This document shows, piece by piece, positions 15,201-26,500 of a stretch of 64,000 bases of DNA. How positions within the stretch are numbered: position 1 is the first letter of the stretch; each line of letters starts with the position of its first letter. Origin of the DNA: Chrysomallon squamiferum (taxonomy: Eukaryota > Animalia > Mollusca); NCBI GenBank assembly GCA_012295275.1, contig CM022669.1, positions 1,054,001-1,118,000 on the forward strand, written 5' to 3'. The notes below the pieces were generated by a model. The model did no database searches and was not told the DNA's origin. It saw nothing but the letters and a program-made list of their open reading frames with translations. The position numbers and the translations under genes are program-made.

Positions 15201-18200
15201 ATACTGGTAGTGAAACATTTATTTAAATCAGTACAGGGTGTGGTCATGCTGCATTTAATACAATTTAATTTTAGCAATGCAGTGTAGATTTTCAAAATTT
15301 TTTGTTTTTCCTCAATGAAGGTAATGTTGAAATACCTGTAATTAGTGATGTTTGTTTTTAAAGGTAATGTTGAAATACCTGTAATTAGTGATGTTTGTTT
15401 GTAAAGGTGATGTTGAAATACCTGTAATTAGTGATGTTTGTTTGGAAAGGTGATGTTGAAATACCTGTAATTAGTGATGTTTGTTTGTAAAGGTGATGTT
15501 GAAATACCTGTAATTAGTGATGTTTGTTTGTAAAGGTGATAAGACGACTACAGTCAAGAAGACACTGGACACGATGTTGTAGTGGTACAAAACAGGAGAG
15601 GTTTTCCAGTTCTGACACAGCTCCCAGTAGTTCACAGGAACTTACCACAAAAAGTAATTTTTTTTTTATTTATTAAAACTAAAACAGTGAACACAAAATG
15701 AGATTTTAATCATTTATTCTCTAGATAACAGACAGTAAGCATGTTTTAGTTTATCCATGCTGTAATGTACACATCATGTATTTGGGGTAATTTTCTTAAA
15801 GAGCAACAGTTGTGAAAAATATATTTGACTACTGCTGTGTACTTAAATACCACATTTATAATGTATCTGAAGCACATTCAAGTAGAAAATAATAGTAGTA
15901 CTGTTAATATTAATACTATCATCATCATCATCATCCTTATTACTTTCATTACCATATTTCCATTCTTATTATGATACGTTATTATTCAGTATACCATGAC
16001 CGTGCTACATCTCCTGTGAGTTTTGAATCACTGTTAAAAGAGAAAAGTAAGAAAGTAGTCAGTCCTCTGTCTCATCCAATTGGTCCAGTGTCTAGACAGA
16101 TTGGTCCTGTGTCTAGACAGATTGGTCCTCTCAAACAGCGAGTTGCCTATTTGCAACAACAGGTAAAAAAAATTAACTTTTTCTTTTTATCTACAAGAAA
16201 AATTTCTGTTTGTAATAATACAGCAGGTAACAGATTTTATATCAGTACATACATTTATACATACAATAAGTTAAATGTCCATCTGTACTTATACCTGTAA
16301 CATTACTTTCTTATACATAAGTTAAATAAAGTATGTTAATGTTTTGTTCTTTTTATCACTTTCAGATTCATTCATCTTTGTCAAAAAAGATAGTTTTAAA
16401 TTGTGATAGTTTAAAATGAGTCTTATTTCAGATTGTTTGTTACTGTGCATGTTGTAAGAAATTTCATCAGTTGTATGCTGTCCTGACAACTGCAGTTTTT
16501 AGCACAAACATATAATTCAAATCAAATGTAGCATTCTGTGAGTGTTCCAAGCACAGACAGTGAAATGTGTTTTTGTTGACAGTTGATGACTCTGCGCAGT
16601 TCTAGAGCCAACGCCTTGAAGAGTCTGAGTGAAGAGAAAGAAGCCAATAAACAGCTGAAGAATGATTTGAATCTAGCCAATCAGAGACTGCGCCTGGCAA
16701 AAATAACCATTCAAGTAAACCAGCCATTTTTCTTTACTGTTGTTGTTGAATACAACCAGTGAAGTAGTGAAATCATTGTTAGATTTAATGTGACTGTTTA
16801 GTAATGTTGTTTTAAATTCACTAATACATTTTATTTAAAATTTTATTTTGAAAACTTTAAATTTTAAACCATTATTTATGATCTAGCTATATTAAACCAA
16901 ACATTTGTCATTTTGTGTGATGTTTATTACTGTTTCACTGAGATTTTTTTGTTAGATGTTTTACATAAAACAGTGTTTTGATTTCATTGTATTTTTCTAA
17001 CAGAAGTTGACAGGTGATATGGAGAAATGTAGCAAAGAGAAAACTGAACTTGAACAACAAGTTCAGTCACGTGAACAGTTGTCATCCACGATGTCAACGA
17101 TGCAGGAAAAACACAACGACCAGGAATGGAAGGTTCTGGAAGCGAGGTTGAAGGTAAAACAATACAATCTTTTGTTTACAGCTTTTTAAATTTTAAATTT
17201 TGCTTATTAAAAATTCTGGAAGCAAGGTTGAAGGTACCTAAATTTGTTTGTTTATAATATTTAAAAAAAATATTTGTTTGTTTCTAACAGTTTCAGTTAA
17301 TTTCTAATATTTTAGTTTTTGTTATTCTCATGCCTTGAATGCACAGAATAATAGGAAAATTACAAGCATCCATTTTTTTATAATTTGTAATTATATAGAA
17401 ATTTGTTTTTAAAATAATATTATTATAAGTTGTTTTCTCCATAAATATTAATACCAAATAATAAATGTTTTTTGTTTTTTTCGTTTTTGTTTTTATATAT
17501 AGAATTAATAGATTATAAATATCACTGTCAAAGTATTAATAAATTATAAGAACTGATCTTTAAATAGTATTATATTGTAAAACATGTTGGCTTTTCTTTT
17601 CTTTTATTTGTTTTGTTTTGGGGTTTCCTATATATTTCAGTTCTAAAAAAAAATGTATGTGTTGCTTTTGTGTTGGTTTGGGGTGGTTTTTTCTAATGGG
17701 TAGTTAAGTGTTTTATAGATGAAGTATTTTTATTTAAGGTGTGTTCCTGTGAGGTGTCACGCCAGAGTTCAACTATAAGAAATTTGAAAACTGAAAATGA
17801 AAGTCTGCGAGATCAGTTGAGAAGTGCACAGGACAGGTAAAATTAACTTCTTACTTCACAGGTAAAATTAACTTCTTACTTCACAGGTAAAATTAACTTC
17901 TTATTTCACAGGTAAAATTAACTTTTTACTTCACAGGTAAAATTAACTTTTTACTTCACAGGAAAAATTAACTTCTTACTTCACATTCAATCCACTGTCC
18001 CATGACTGCTCTGTATGTCATTTCCTGTCTATGAAATAAAGCAAATAAAACTGACTTTGCTGAGAACATAAATATTTATTATATGAACAACATTTGACAT
18101 GAATTATTTTCAATGTTAAAGAAAGTCTTTGTCAGTGTAGTTTTGTCCTATTCAGGCTGAATCACATGGAGAGAGACAACAGTCAGAAGCGCAGTCTGGT

Positions 18201-21155
18201 GGAGAATCACAGAGTGAAACTGAAACAGCTTCAAGAGTCAGCCAAAAGTGATGCAAACATTATTGTAAGATTTTATCATTTCAACAGTAAAAATGTGCTC
18301 GACTTATTTTGATGAAAAATATAACAAGACTTTTTTTTTCTGCTTTTATTATTATATTTTATTTTTATTTTTTTCTGTTTATGTTTAAAAAAACATTTTT
18401 TACATATCTCTACAGAATTTGCAGTTATGTTACTACAACTAATTAGATTATCATTTTTGTGTCTACACAGTGAAAGGAAAACAATGTAGCTAAACAATTT
18501 TTTTTCATATTTTAATGGAGAGGAATTGTCAAATGAATTGTCAGATGCAAGAAAAAGTTATCTGTGTCCATTCAGTAAATATTTTATTGTAAAATTTATC
18601 ACTTTAAATATTTTGTGTATTTTAGTATGTAGTTATTTAGCTGTGTATGTGTGTCTACAAACAAGTATTTTATGTGTGTTAATGTTCATGTTTTACCAGT
18701 GAGACTGTGTAAAGTTGTAACTGTCTGATTACAGAGTGATCTTGAAACAAAGGTAAAACTGCTCACTGACAGTAATGACAAGTTTAAAGTTCAGGTATGT
18801 CATCTTATTTTTATATCAAACATTGCTCTAATACAGCTTTTTATTAAACTTCTCATGTTGTTTGAAACAACACACAACAACTAAACAAATTATTGAGGAT
18901 CATAGTGCAAGTCATCAATATGTACACTGAAAACACAATGAACAACAAAATAACACATAAAAAGGAATTAATGTAAACAACACATTCCAGACACACTACA
19001 TTTTCACTTGTATAAATATACTACAGTGATAAACATTAAATAACTTATATACTGTATAAACAACAAAATAAAGGTTGTTAAAAAATTAATTTCACACACT
19101 GCTCATATTCTACTTTTCATCTGTTCAAAACAATGTAACTCAAACAGAAAAGACATTAATTGAAATTTTGTCATTTATTTCATGCCAACAAATGTGTGAA
19201 ATGCAGAATTACAATGTGAGGAATCATCTTCACTTCTGCTACTACTTTGTGTTTTTCAGGTAGAATCGTTAAAGAAACGACTGGGTGCTGTCACAAAGGA
19301 GAAGAATGAATCTGAAGAAAAATGTCAGAAACTCACCTCAGAATTGGAGAAAAAGGTAAATTGTGTTTCAAAAAACCAAGCACCACAAACTGTTTGTTAT
19401 TGTGTCAAGTCCAAAATATTCTCATATTCTCTATCTCTGTCTGTCTGTCTTTTTCTTTCTTTTTGTATGTGGGGACTAATTTGAGATTTGTTTCAGAGTT
19501 GTCAGTTACAAGAAAGCCGTGCTAAGTGCTGTGAGTTGGAGAAGTGTGTCAATGAGGTGCAGCAGACGATGAAGCAGCAGTTAGAGAGTCTGATGTGTCA
19601 GAGTGAGTTAGCAGTCCAGACTGCTCACGACAAACTCACTGCTCTCAGCAGTCGAATACAGCAGTATGAACAGTTTGTGAAGGTAAGTTTTATCTGAATT
19701 TTATATTAATTGTTTTAGCAATTTTTTCATAAATGCTAATTTTTTCATAATTAAAAATGAAAGCCAGTGAAAAGTAAATTTTTCTCCCACATTCTCACAA
19801 GCAAACGGTTTACTGAGTATTCTCACTGATCTTTTTAATACAAACATTCAGATGCTGAGCAATGAGCTGGTGAGAAGTGTGCAGAACACGAGAGAACTGC
19901 TCAGACAGACTCTGACTCGCAGACAGAGAGAAGCTGTCCCTGTCGACTCATCACTGCAGAAAGCTCAGAGTGTTGCCAAGAACATCCTCAACTTGAGTCA
20001 GTCAGACATAGACGACATCATGAGTGCTGATGGGGACAGAGACGTAGAAATGGTAGGTGCATTTGAGAATACCCAGGTAGAATGGGAATTTGGTTAATAC
20101 TGTTAGTTGTAATAAATGTTGATGGTAAATATTCAAAATTGTTTTTGTATTTTTGATTATAGGATTCAGCATCAGAGATGGAGAAAAAAAATGACAAAAA
20201 ATGGGCCAGGAAATGTGAAAAACTGTTAAATTCTAAGGTATTTTTATCATAATAAATTATCACTTATCTATTTATCTGTGATTAAAACAAAAACTGACAA
20301 AGCTGTTAGTACATTTATTATCATCAATAGTTGTCCACAAAAAATTATTAAGAGATTTGTTCAGTTATGATGAAATACTGGTATAGCTTAAATTATCTTC
20401 ATTTCTGAAAATCTGGCTGGAAGAAATATTGACACAAATAATTTATAAAATTGTAAAGGAAAAAATATTGCTACTTATCACAAATAACTGTTAATACAAA
20501 ATATTACTTTTTGTTACTGTAAACAATTATTGTTGCTACAAATTACTGCTTGTTGATAATTATTGTTCTTACTAAATATTATTACAAACTGTTATTTGTT
20601 AATACAAATTATTACTTGTTACCAGGAATATAAACAAACAGAACTAGGAAAGTTACAGGTCAAACCTAAATGAGAATCAGCAGCAGTTTTAATGTTCAGA
20701 GCTGTTGTACTCACACAAAACAATGAGTTGTGTAAAAATCTAGTTTGAATAAGTCAATCAGAGAAGCTAAAATCTGCAGTTTACAGCAATGTACAATCTG
20801 TTTTACTTCTATTTTTGACATCAGTGAAGTAGTTTTTTATGTTCTCTGTAATTAAAAAAACAAAAAAAAATTATTTTTAGATATAATTACAAAATGACTT
20901 GTGCAGTGGATTGCAAATTACAGCAAATATCAGTCACTGAAAAAAGTCTGAGTGAACTGATCATTTCTAACTGAAATCTGGTGTCAAATGAAAACCTTTC
21001 AGTTGTTACATTTCTAATTTATTTCCAGTGTCTCTAAATAATAAAAAATATATTTTTTTAATTTTATTTTTCAGGATTTTGTGGCATCTCTGGTGAAGCA
21101 TTTTCTTCAGAAGATTGATGAGAAAGAGATTCTTGCTGCAGCTCTCAATGGATGA
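412..21155 (+). CDS. CNTLN: Centlein (centrosomal coiled-coil protein), 5'-partial multi-exon gene, 25 exons in window
   Basis: Phase-consistent GT-AG exon chain except at two lesions (about 5655 and about 6400). Peptides RSDPRELQKENSDAVWNELAFFRSEN, LSIQEELDLLHVQ, RLNHMERDNSQKRSLVE and C-terminal AQSVAKNILNLSQSDIDDIM...NDKKW...FLQKIDEK match my recollection of vertebrate centlein (RADPQQLRQEDSDAVWNELAYFKREN; LAASILNISRSDLEEIL). Stop TGA at 21153-21155. Confidence 0.9.
1647..1780. repeat. ~39-bp tandem repeat
   Basis: catgtgaaaatgtaaaattctaaaactagtctgtgacat, about 3.5 copies. Confidence 0.85.
3937..4192. repeat. 21-23-bp minisatellite
   Basis: tttctgtgacaagggtggtgcta repeated about 11 times. 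Confidence 0.9.
4351..4440 (+). CDS. CNTLN: CNTLN exon (EILEKDDMISEL...FLDTQ)
   Basis: gacag / gtacag, 90 nt, open frame. Confidence 0.75.
4712..4803 (+). CDS. CNTLN: CNTLN exon (EAEPVIDYEYKIETLQQEVRSLKKRLQEKE)
   Basis: tttag / gtaagt, phase 0/2. Confidence 0.85.
5481..5690 (+). CDS. CNTLN: CNTLN exon with apparent 1-nt frameshift
   Basis: tacag / gtaaag. The entry frame hits TAG at 5680; one extra A in the run at 5653-5657 gives RKKLAECEHLVELK ending exactly at the donor. Confidence 0.75.
6407..6510 (+). CDS. CNTLN: CNTLN exon, 5' part garbled (RLKTLQHDYRLVREQLKTLEDEQY)
   Basis: 3' part resembles centlein RLQMLQTNYRAVKEQLK; donor gtcggt at 6511; acceptor not resolvable, so start is approximate. 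Confidence 0.65.
6520..6868. repeat. 21-23-bp minisatellite
   Basis: ctgtgttctaaaactagcctgt tandem array starting about 10 nt after a donor. Confidence 0.9.
6952..7705. repeat. ~29-33-bp AT-rich minisatellite
   Basis: ttattaaaaagatgttaggtaaagattatttg tandem array. Confidence 0.9.
7723..7845 (+). CDS. CNTLN: CNTLN exon (RRSDPRELQKENSDAVWNELAFFRSEN)
   Basis: tttcag / gtaagt, phase 2/2; most diagnostic centlein motif. Confidence 0.92.
8200..8641. repeat. Degenerate minisatellite (tactgttgtgatgtttgtat)
   Basis: Repeated motif ending just before the acceptor at 8649. Confidence 0.85.
8650..8750 (+). CDS. CNTLN: CNTLN exon (LSIQEELDLLHVQVAKDAATIYELK)
   Basis: tttcag / gtgagt, phase 2/1. Confidence 0.9.
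8859..8944 (+). CDS. CNTLN: CNTLN exon (CEYELRRKEIDNKVK...LKSS)
   Basis: ggcag / gtaagt, phase 1/0. Confidence 0.87.
9312..9400 (+). CDS. CNTLN: CNTLN exon (IQSKDLALRKMEKTLHEVAREKEMLFEEN)
   Basis: aacag / gtaaca, phase 0/2. Confidence 0.87.
9425..9650. repeat. (TC)n/(TCTG)n microsatellite
   Basis: Direct inspection. Confidence 0.9.
9782..9868 (+). CDS. CNTLN: CNTLN exon (KLKSESLRLQHESTQYRIEVADLSREIQ)
   Basis: tttcag / gtacag, phase 2/2. Confidence 0.87.
10127..10268 (+). CDS. CNTLN: CNTLN exon (YKRLLEEQREQKKEK...RLVKK)
   Basis: cccag / gtaaaa, phase 2/0. Confidence 0.82.
12289..12389 (+). CDS. CNTLN: CNTLN exon (YQAALNRSIEKMAAVFDNFNDDGWEEITES)
   Basis: ttgcag / gtgagt, phase 0/2. Confidence 0.87.
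12368..12660. repeat. 52-bp tandem repeat spanning a splice donor, decaying to about 13190
   Basis: tcacagaatcaccagagggaacgtgagtttagttttacacaaataagataag at 12368, 12420, 12472, 12524, 12576 and degenerate copies beyond. Confidence 0.92.
13793..13886 (+). CDS. CNTLN: CNTLN exon (EEDTEVTESDTLGQTIVSV)
   Basis: gacag / gtaaat, phase 2/0; TLGxxIV as in centlein. Confidence 0.85.
14000..15012. repeat. ~26-32-bp TC/TA-rich minisatellite
   Basis: tatctatatatgtatctctctttatctctgtc array; produces the spurious 332-423 aa ORFs. Confidence 0.92.
15318..15540. repeat. 43-bp tandem repeat spanning a splice acceptor
   Basis: aaggtgatgttgaaatacctgtaattagtgatgtttgtttgta x5; the sixth partial copy is the real acceptor. 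Confidence 0.92.
15536..15653 (+). CDS. CNTLN: CNTLN exon (VIRRLQSRR...SQELTTK)
   Basis: taaag / gtaatt, 118 nt, bridges phase 0 to phase 1 as required. Confidence 0.72.
15990..16162 (+). CDS. CNTLN: CNTLN exon (YHDRATSP...LKQRVAYLQQQ)
   Basis: ttcag / gtaaaa, phase 1/0; contains a 21-nt internal repeat (IGPVSRQ). Confidence 0.85.
16583..16714 (+). CDS. CNTLN: CNTLN exon (LMTLRSSR...ANQRLRLAKITIQ)
   Basis: gacag / gtaaac, 132 nt. Confidence 0.88.
17004..17153 (+). CDS. CNTLN: CNTLN exon (KLTGDMEK...WKVLEARLK)
   Basis: aacag / gtaaaa, 150 nt. Confidence 0.88.
17739..17836 (+). CDS. CNTLN: CNTLN exon (VCSCEVSRQSSTIRNLKTENESLRDQLRSAQD)
   Basis: ttaag / gtaaaa, phase 0/2. Confidence 0.87.
17833..17985. 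repeat. 25-bp tandem repeat spanning a splice donor
   Basis: acaggtaaaattaacttcttacttc x6. Confidence 0.92.
18156..18264 (+). CDS. CNTLN: CNTLN exon (LNHMERDNSQKRSLVENHR)
   Basis: ttcag / gtaaga, phase 2/0. Confidence 0.9.
18735..18794 (+). CDS. CNTLN: CNTLN exon (SDLETKVKLLTDSNDKFKVQ)
   Basis: tacag / gtatgt, 60 nt. Confidence 0.88.
19260..19355 (+). CDS. CNTLN: CNTLN exon (VESLKKRLGAVTKEK...ELEKK)
   Basis: tttcag / gtaaat, 96 nt. Confidence 0.9.
19497..19682 (+). CDS. CNTLN: CNTLN exon (SCQLQESR...YEQFVK)
   Basis: tttcag / gtaagt, 186 nt. Confidence 0.9.
19852..20052 (+). CDS. CNTLN: CNTLN exon (MLSNELVR...AKNILNLSQSDIDDIM...VEM)
   Basis: ttcag / gtaggt, 201 nt. Confidence 0.9.
20163..20237 (+). 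CDS. CNTLN: CNTLN exon (DSASEMEKKNDKKWARKCEKLLNSK)
   Basis: tatag / gtattt, 75 nt. Confidence 0.88.
21075..21155 (+). CDS. CNTLN: CNTLN terminal coding exon (DFVASLVKHFLQKIDEKEILAAALNG*)
   Basis: tttcag acceptor, TGA stop. Confidence 0.88.
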   Translation, partial: DFVASLVKHFLQKIDEKEILAAALNG

Positions 21156-22627
21156 CATGTTTTGTTAGCTACATCATCGTTGTTACAACATCCCTGACAA
21201 CGGTGTTATGTACATACAGACAATGAGATGAGAAACAAATGTGCAACCACTTTCTGTGATAAATTTTTACATGTACAATCTGATTTTTTGTTTTAATTTA
21301 TTACTTATTTATTTATTTTAGCTACAGATAATGCAGTAAAAGAAAAAAGCACTTGCTTTTAGGTTTAAATAGCATTAAAGTCTTCAAACCAAATTCCAAA
21401 ATGAACAGATTTATGTGACAAAAGCCAAATGCAAACATTATACCTGTCTTGGTCTTGGGTTCATTGCTTTCTTCAGTTTATTTTGGGATACATACGAATT
21501 CAGATTCATAAATTTACTTTAAATTGTAGGAAAGAAAAATAACAAACATCTGCTAACATTAAATGGTTTTATTGTCAAGAACAACAATTAAACTATTAAA
21601 ATAATCATATCTGAAAACAAAATTAATAATCATATCTGAAAACAAAATTAACAATCAGCTTTCTCAACTGCTACAGTTCTGAATCTAAAATATATGTTTA
21701 TAATACAACAATTTCCCAAAAAAAAAAAGAAATCATTCAAATATTAAAACAAACAGTATGTATTTTTTGTAAAATCATTTAGACCCCAAATGAATGATTA
21801 TTTTCAACACTACATATGATCTGCATGACACTGATTGCAAACAATATTAGTAATATTTTTATTTTCACCTTTTATTTACTAACAATATGAATTAGAGACT
21901 CAATCTTACTGTTGTTTTTTTAAAAAACATTCATTAAATATAATAAAGATAACAAACACTGTTTTAAATAAATAAATATGATAAATATTATTAATATGAA
22001 AACAAAATACTGAATGATTAAATATTGTCGAAATGTCATGAATTGTAAATAAATAGGAAAATTTGTTATGATTGTATGTACAACATTTTAAAATAATGAA
22101 TAACACTGATTTGTAAGTCTTTTTTAAATTTGAGCGAAAGTGAGGTAATATATAATCAATTAATGACTATGATTTTTTCTAAACAAAAATTATCTGCAAT
22201 ATTTGTGGATGTATTTACACTGTTCTAAGATTAATGTGAATTCTGAACATGTTCTCAACACTGAAGTAATCTGGCTAATAATTAAATATGATTCAACATA
22301 ACAACAATTTATTTGCATGATGGAAAAATTATTTGATACATTCTACTCTCAACTAAATCAACTCAAAAACAATTTGAAATCTTTACAGTTTTTATTCATT
22401 TATTATTATTATTATTATTATCGATCAAATAATAAAAATAATTCTACTTATGTGAAAACATTGATAATAACTGAAATTTTCCAAAGATACTTTTAGAACA
22501 AAAAGTACTTCAGTGCTTCCATACTTTTTGAAAATTAGCCAGTAAATGTAGGACAAGATAATTACACCAGTATTAATAATCTGAAAATTCTGAGCATTAG
22601 GTATGAAAGATTTATTCTATTACGACT

Positions 22628-22677
22628 TTATTCATCTTCAGCATCTTTGAAACTCTTAGCAAATTCCTTTAACAGAA
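22628..22677 (-). CDS. Terminal coding exon of the Ski/Dach-like-domain gene
   Basis: ttctttgtag acceptor, phase 1, TAA stop. Confidence 0.7.
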
Positions 22678-23558
22678 CTACAAAGAAGAAAAAGAAAATG
22701 AAGAAATATCTACAACTGTTAACATTACTCAGAAAACAGAAACTGGGAATAAATAGTTAACTTTAACAGTTAAATCTAGTTTTAATCAATCTACAGTAAA
22801 CTTATCTTCTACCACTAATAGTTTTTAAAAAAGTTTATTGAATTTTCAGTTTGTTGTAAAATCTAAATTTAAAACTAATTCATTTAAACTAGTTAGAATT
22901 TAGTGAACCAAAGATTACTTACCTTCATAGTGGTGCATGGTGGTTACAAGATTTTCATTCACTCTACTAATTCTAGCAACCTCAGAGTTTAGTGTTTGGT
23001 TTTCACCTTCAACAAAGTAAAAAGAAAACAATCATGGAATATTCCAGATCGTAAAAACACACTGACATTATGATAATATCACTAAAGTGGTGCAGGATTT
23101 TCTTAATTAAAGAAGGAGTACAAAGTACACCACTCACATCTAACTGTACAAGTGAGATATTCACATGTGTGAATATCAGTGTTTAAACCATCTCTATTTT
23201 AAAACAGGTAAACAAAAGAGAAGCTTGTCTTCTCAGCAGTACCATCTCAGACTGCTGAAACTTTCCTGTTTTAGCCAAATTTAAACATTTTCTTCTGTGA
23301 TCTTCCATTAATTCAAAACCAATTTTTTTGTGAAAAAAAATGCTTTCTTTGCTCTTTTGATGTAAGCCTTTTGTTTATTTGTTGTGTGAAAGATAATTTA
23401 TCACAGTTTGGGAAAGACACCTTTAATAATGAAAACAAAAAAGGAAATAATAACAAAAAAATTGATAATTTGCTCATTAATTTTCCAAGTTGATAATGAA
23501 AACTGTAAAAACAATGACCCTTCAATTCAGATACATGTACTTGATACCCAACTTTATC

Positions 23559-23592
<34 letters not shown>

Positions 23593-26500
23593 TAAACAGG
23601 ACACATGATATAATAATTTTTTTCTAGCAGACCATTAAAAAAAACTTATTAGTTATGATTATTTCTTTTAAATGCCAGGTTTATGAAAATTGTTCAGCCA
23701 ATGGAATTGAAACTACATAATCAACATTTGAATTTTTTTTGTAATTTTTATATTCTTTAGCTAGATAAAGTAATAGAAAAAGTACATAACAATGAACTAC
23801 ATAGTTTTGAGTACAACATGCTACCATAGATTTTGAAAGTCAGGACTTAGGACACTGCAACAGTGTTTTTTAGCATGGTTATAACTGCAAAATTTCATAA
23901 CACAGATCATTCTGTTTATCTCTGATATATGATTATAATAATATAACAGCTGCCAGTGTAGTCTAATATAAAAAATAAGTAAAAATAATTTTAAAAATTC
24001 TAATATGTTTAATAACTGAACAACTGACCTTGCAGATGTTCAATTTTTTCATACAGCTCCACAACAGACTTCAAAATGACTTCTTTTGGTCCCGTGACCA
24101 ATGTTTCATAAACTTTAAAAAAAAAAAGATGACATAAATACAAATCAATGTCATACTTATTTCAAATGTTAAACTTAAAGCAAAAAATGTTCCACTGACA
24201 GTTTTAATATACTTTTCAATACAAATCTCCACATAAATGAAAATGTTTATCAAACTTTTCTAATCTATATACTCACACCTTCAAAGAGAATTGTTTGAAA
24301 TGTTCAATTTTGAAATAATGTTAACTATTTCAAAACTGTAAAGCTGCCACATTTTGTAAGGTCTATATTTAAACAGAAAGACAATATTATTTTCCCAATT
24401 AAAACTGAATATACAAATACTGTTTGTTTTAAAACAGTTTCAAATCATTTTATGAACAAAATACTTGAAAATCATTATTAAAGTTTGCACATTATATTAC
24501 CAGGTATTGCTGTTGTGAAAAAACGGTACCTATTGGTGTTGATGTGTACAAGAATTGTCTATCGCTAACCTGTTTAATTATACTGTAACTAGTTGAGCTA
24601 TGTCAGTTGTATTCAAATTAATTTTCCTATTTAATGGCTTTTTCAAACAACATATTCATCTGCACAACTAAACTATGTATAGTTACTTTTGTTTTTTGGT
24701 GTTTTTTTACTTAATGATATCTGATGAAACTTAGAGGAAATACATCTTTGAGCAAAGTAAAATGACTTGAAGTATTGAAGTATCTGCCTGTATGAGCTAA
24801 GGAGACAGGACAGACTAAACATGGATGTAGTTTGAAAATGAAGTCTGAGAATGAAGTAACTTGATATAAAATGCTTACTGGAAAATTTAACAATCCAATC
24901 AAGCTCAAGTTTGGTGGGGAAAATAAAATGTTGCTTTTCATTGATTCAACATCCAGTCAGATGAGACAAGAATATCAAATAGTCCACATTTTCTGCAGGT
25001 ATAGCTGCACTAATGCTAACTTCATCAAAGCTTGAAGAAATACTCAAAACATTTTAATCAATTTATAAAGTAAGAGGAAATTTGAGATGGCTTCCATAAC
25101 ACCATCAGTTGTTTTGTAGGCAATGATCAAGAGCTGAAATCACATAGCAATTTATAGCAATATACTTGAAAACAGCCAGCTTGTTGAGATACAGTGGTTT
25201 TCAGTCAGTGTTATTGTTTGTACATGTAGTAAAATTATAATTTTAATGGACATCAATAAAAATAGGTTTTGGTCAACTTTTTAAAATTGTTATTGTTTTA
25301 ATGTTAATTACATGAAACTGTAAAAAGTTTAACTTACTCATTTTTTTGTTTTCTGAAGAGTTTTCTTCACAGATCTGGGTACAAATGGTTTGATGCTGTG
25401 ACATATCAGTACTTGAGAACACTGGAGCTGATTCAGTATTTTCCTCATCACACTTAGATTCTTCATCTGACTCATGTTCCAGTTCAAATGTTGAGTCACT
25501 TGTAAGTGGACCAGCATGTTCTGGAGACAGTGTGTGATCTGAATTAATGTCAGTTACTGCTTGCAAAGGGAGTGGTTCTATTTCAGAACATGTATCACTG
25601 GATGGAAAAAGGCCATTCTCATCTTGAATTATATTCAACTCAGACAGACCATTCTGTGACCGCTCTTTATTTTCACAATCCTTCCAATTATTCTGATCTG
25701 CAATGTTCATGTCACTGAAACTATCAGTTTGATTTTCTTCTATTTTATTTAAGTACATTTCTTTTTCTAAACTGACTTCACATTTATTCATATTATTTAG
25801 CACATTTGGATCAGAACTAGTTAAAAAATTTTCATCATCACTTTGAATTTCTAAAATATCAACTTCAACATCATCAGGTGAATGATCAATGCCACAGTGG
25901 TTTCCTGTGAGGCAATTATTTTCTGTATTCAAGGAATTATTTGCTATAAAATTAAGTGAAACTGTTTTAACTGAACCTTCTAAAGCTGTATCAGAATTGA
26001 AACATTCAGAAACATTTGTAATTTCACTTGTTTGTTCAATTTCAGAATGAGGACCACATCCTCCAACTGAATTTTTTAGTAGATCCTCTCTTTTCTTTGA
26101 ATACAGATGAGGTTTTCTATTTGTTGGTGATTCACTTCTGTTTTCATCAGTATTACAGCAATCATTATTTTCTTCTGTTTTTGTTGACTTTATGGCTGAC
26201 AAGATAACATGCAGACACTTATCATTTAGCAAAAAACATCCTGTGTGATCACATGATGAATCAGTCATTGCAAAATATCTGCAGTACTGCTGAGGACAAC
26301 CTTTCAGTAGTATAGATTTACTGTGAACTACTGACAATACTTGCTGCTCTCCAAACACAGAGTACAGATCACTTAGGAGATACAGTTTTCTCTTACCTTC
26401 TATGATGTATTTCACTGAAACACCATCAACCAAATCTACTCCACCTTTAACACCACTTAAAACTCTGTTTTCTTTCCTTGTAGCAGATTCTTGCTCATTT

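Noticed and set aside
25273-25337. Last ~21 codons of the 1541-aa ORF
   Set aside because: Probably intron read-through past a consensus GTAAGT donor.
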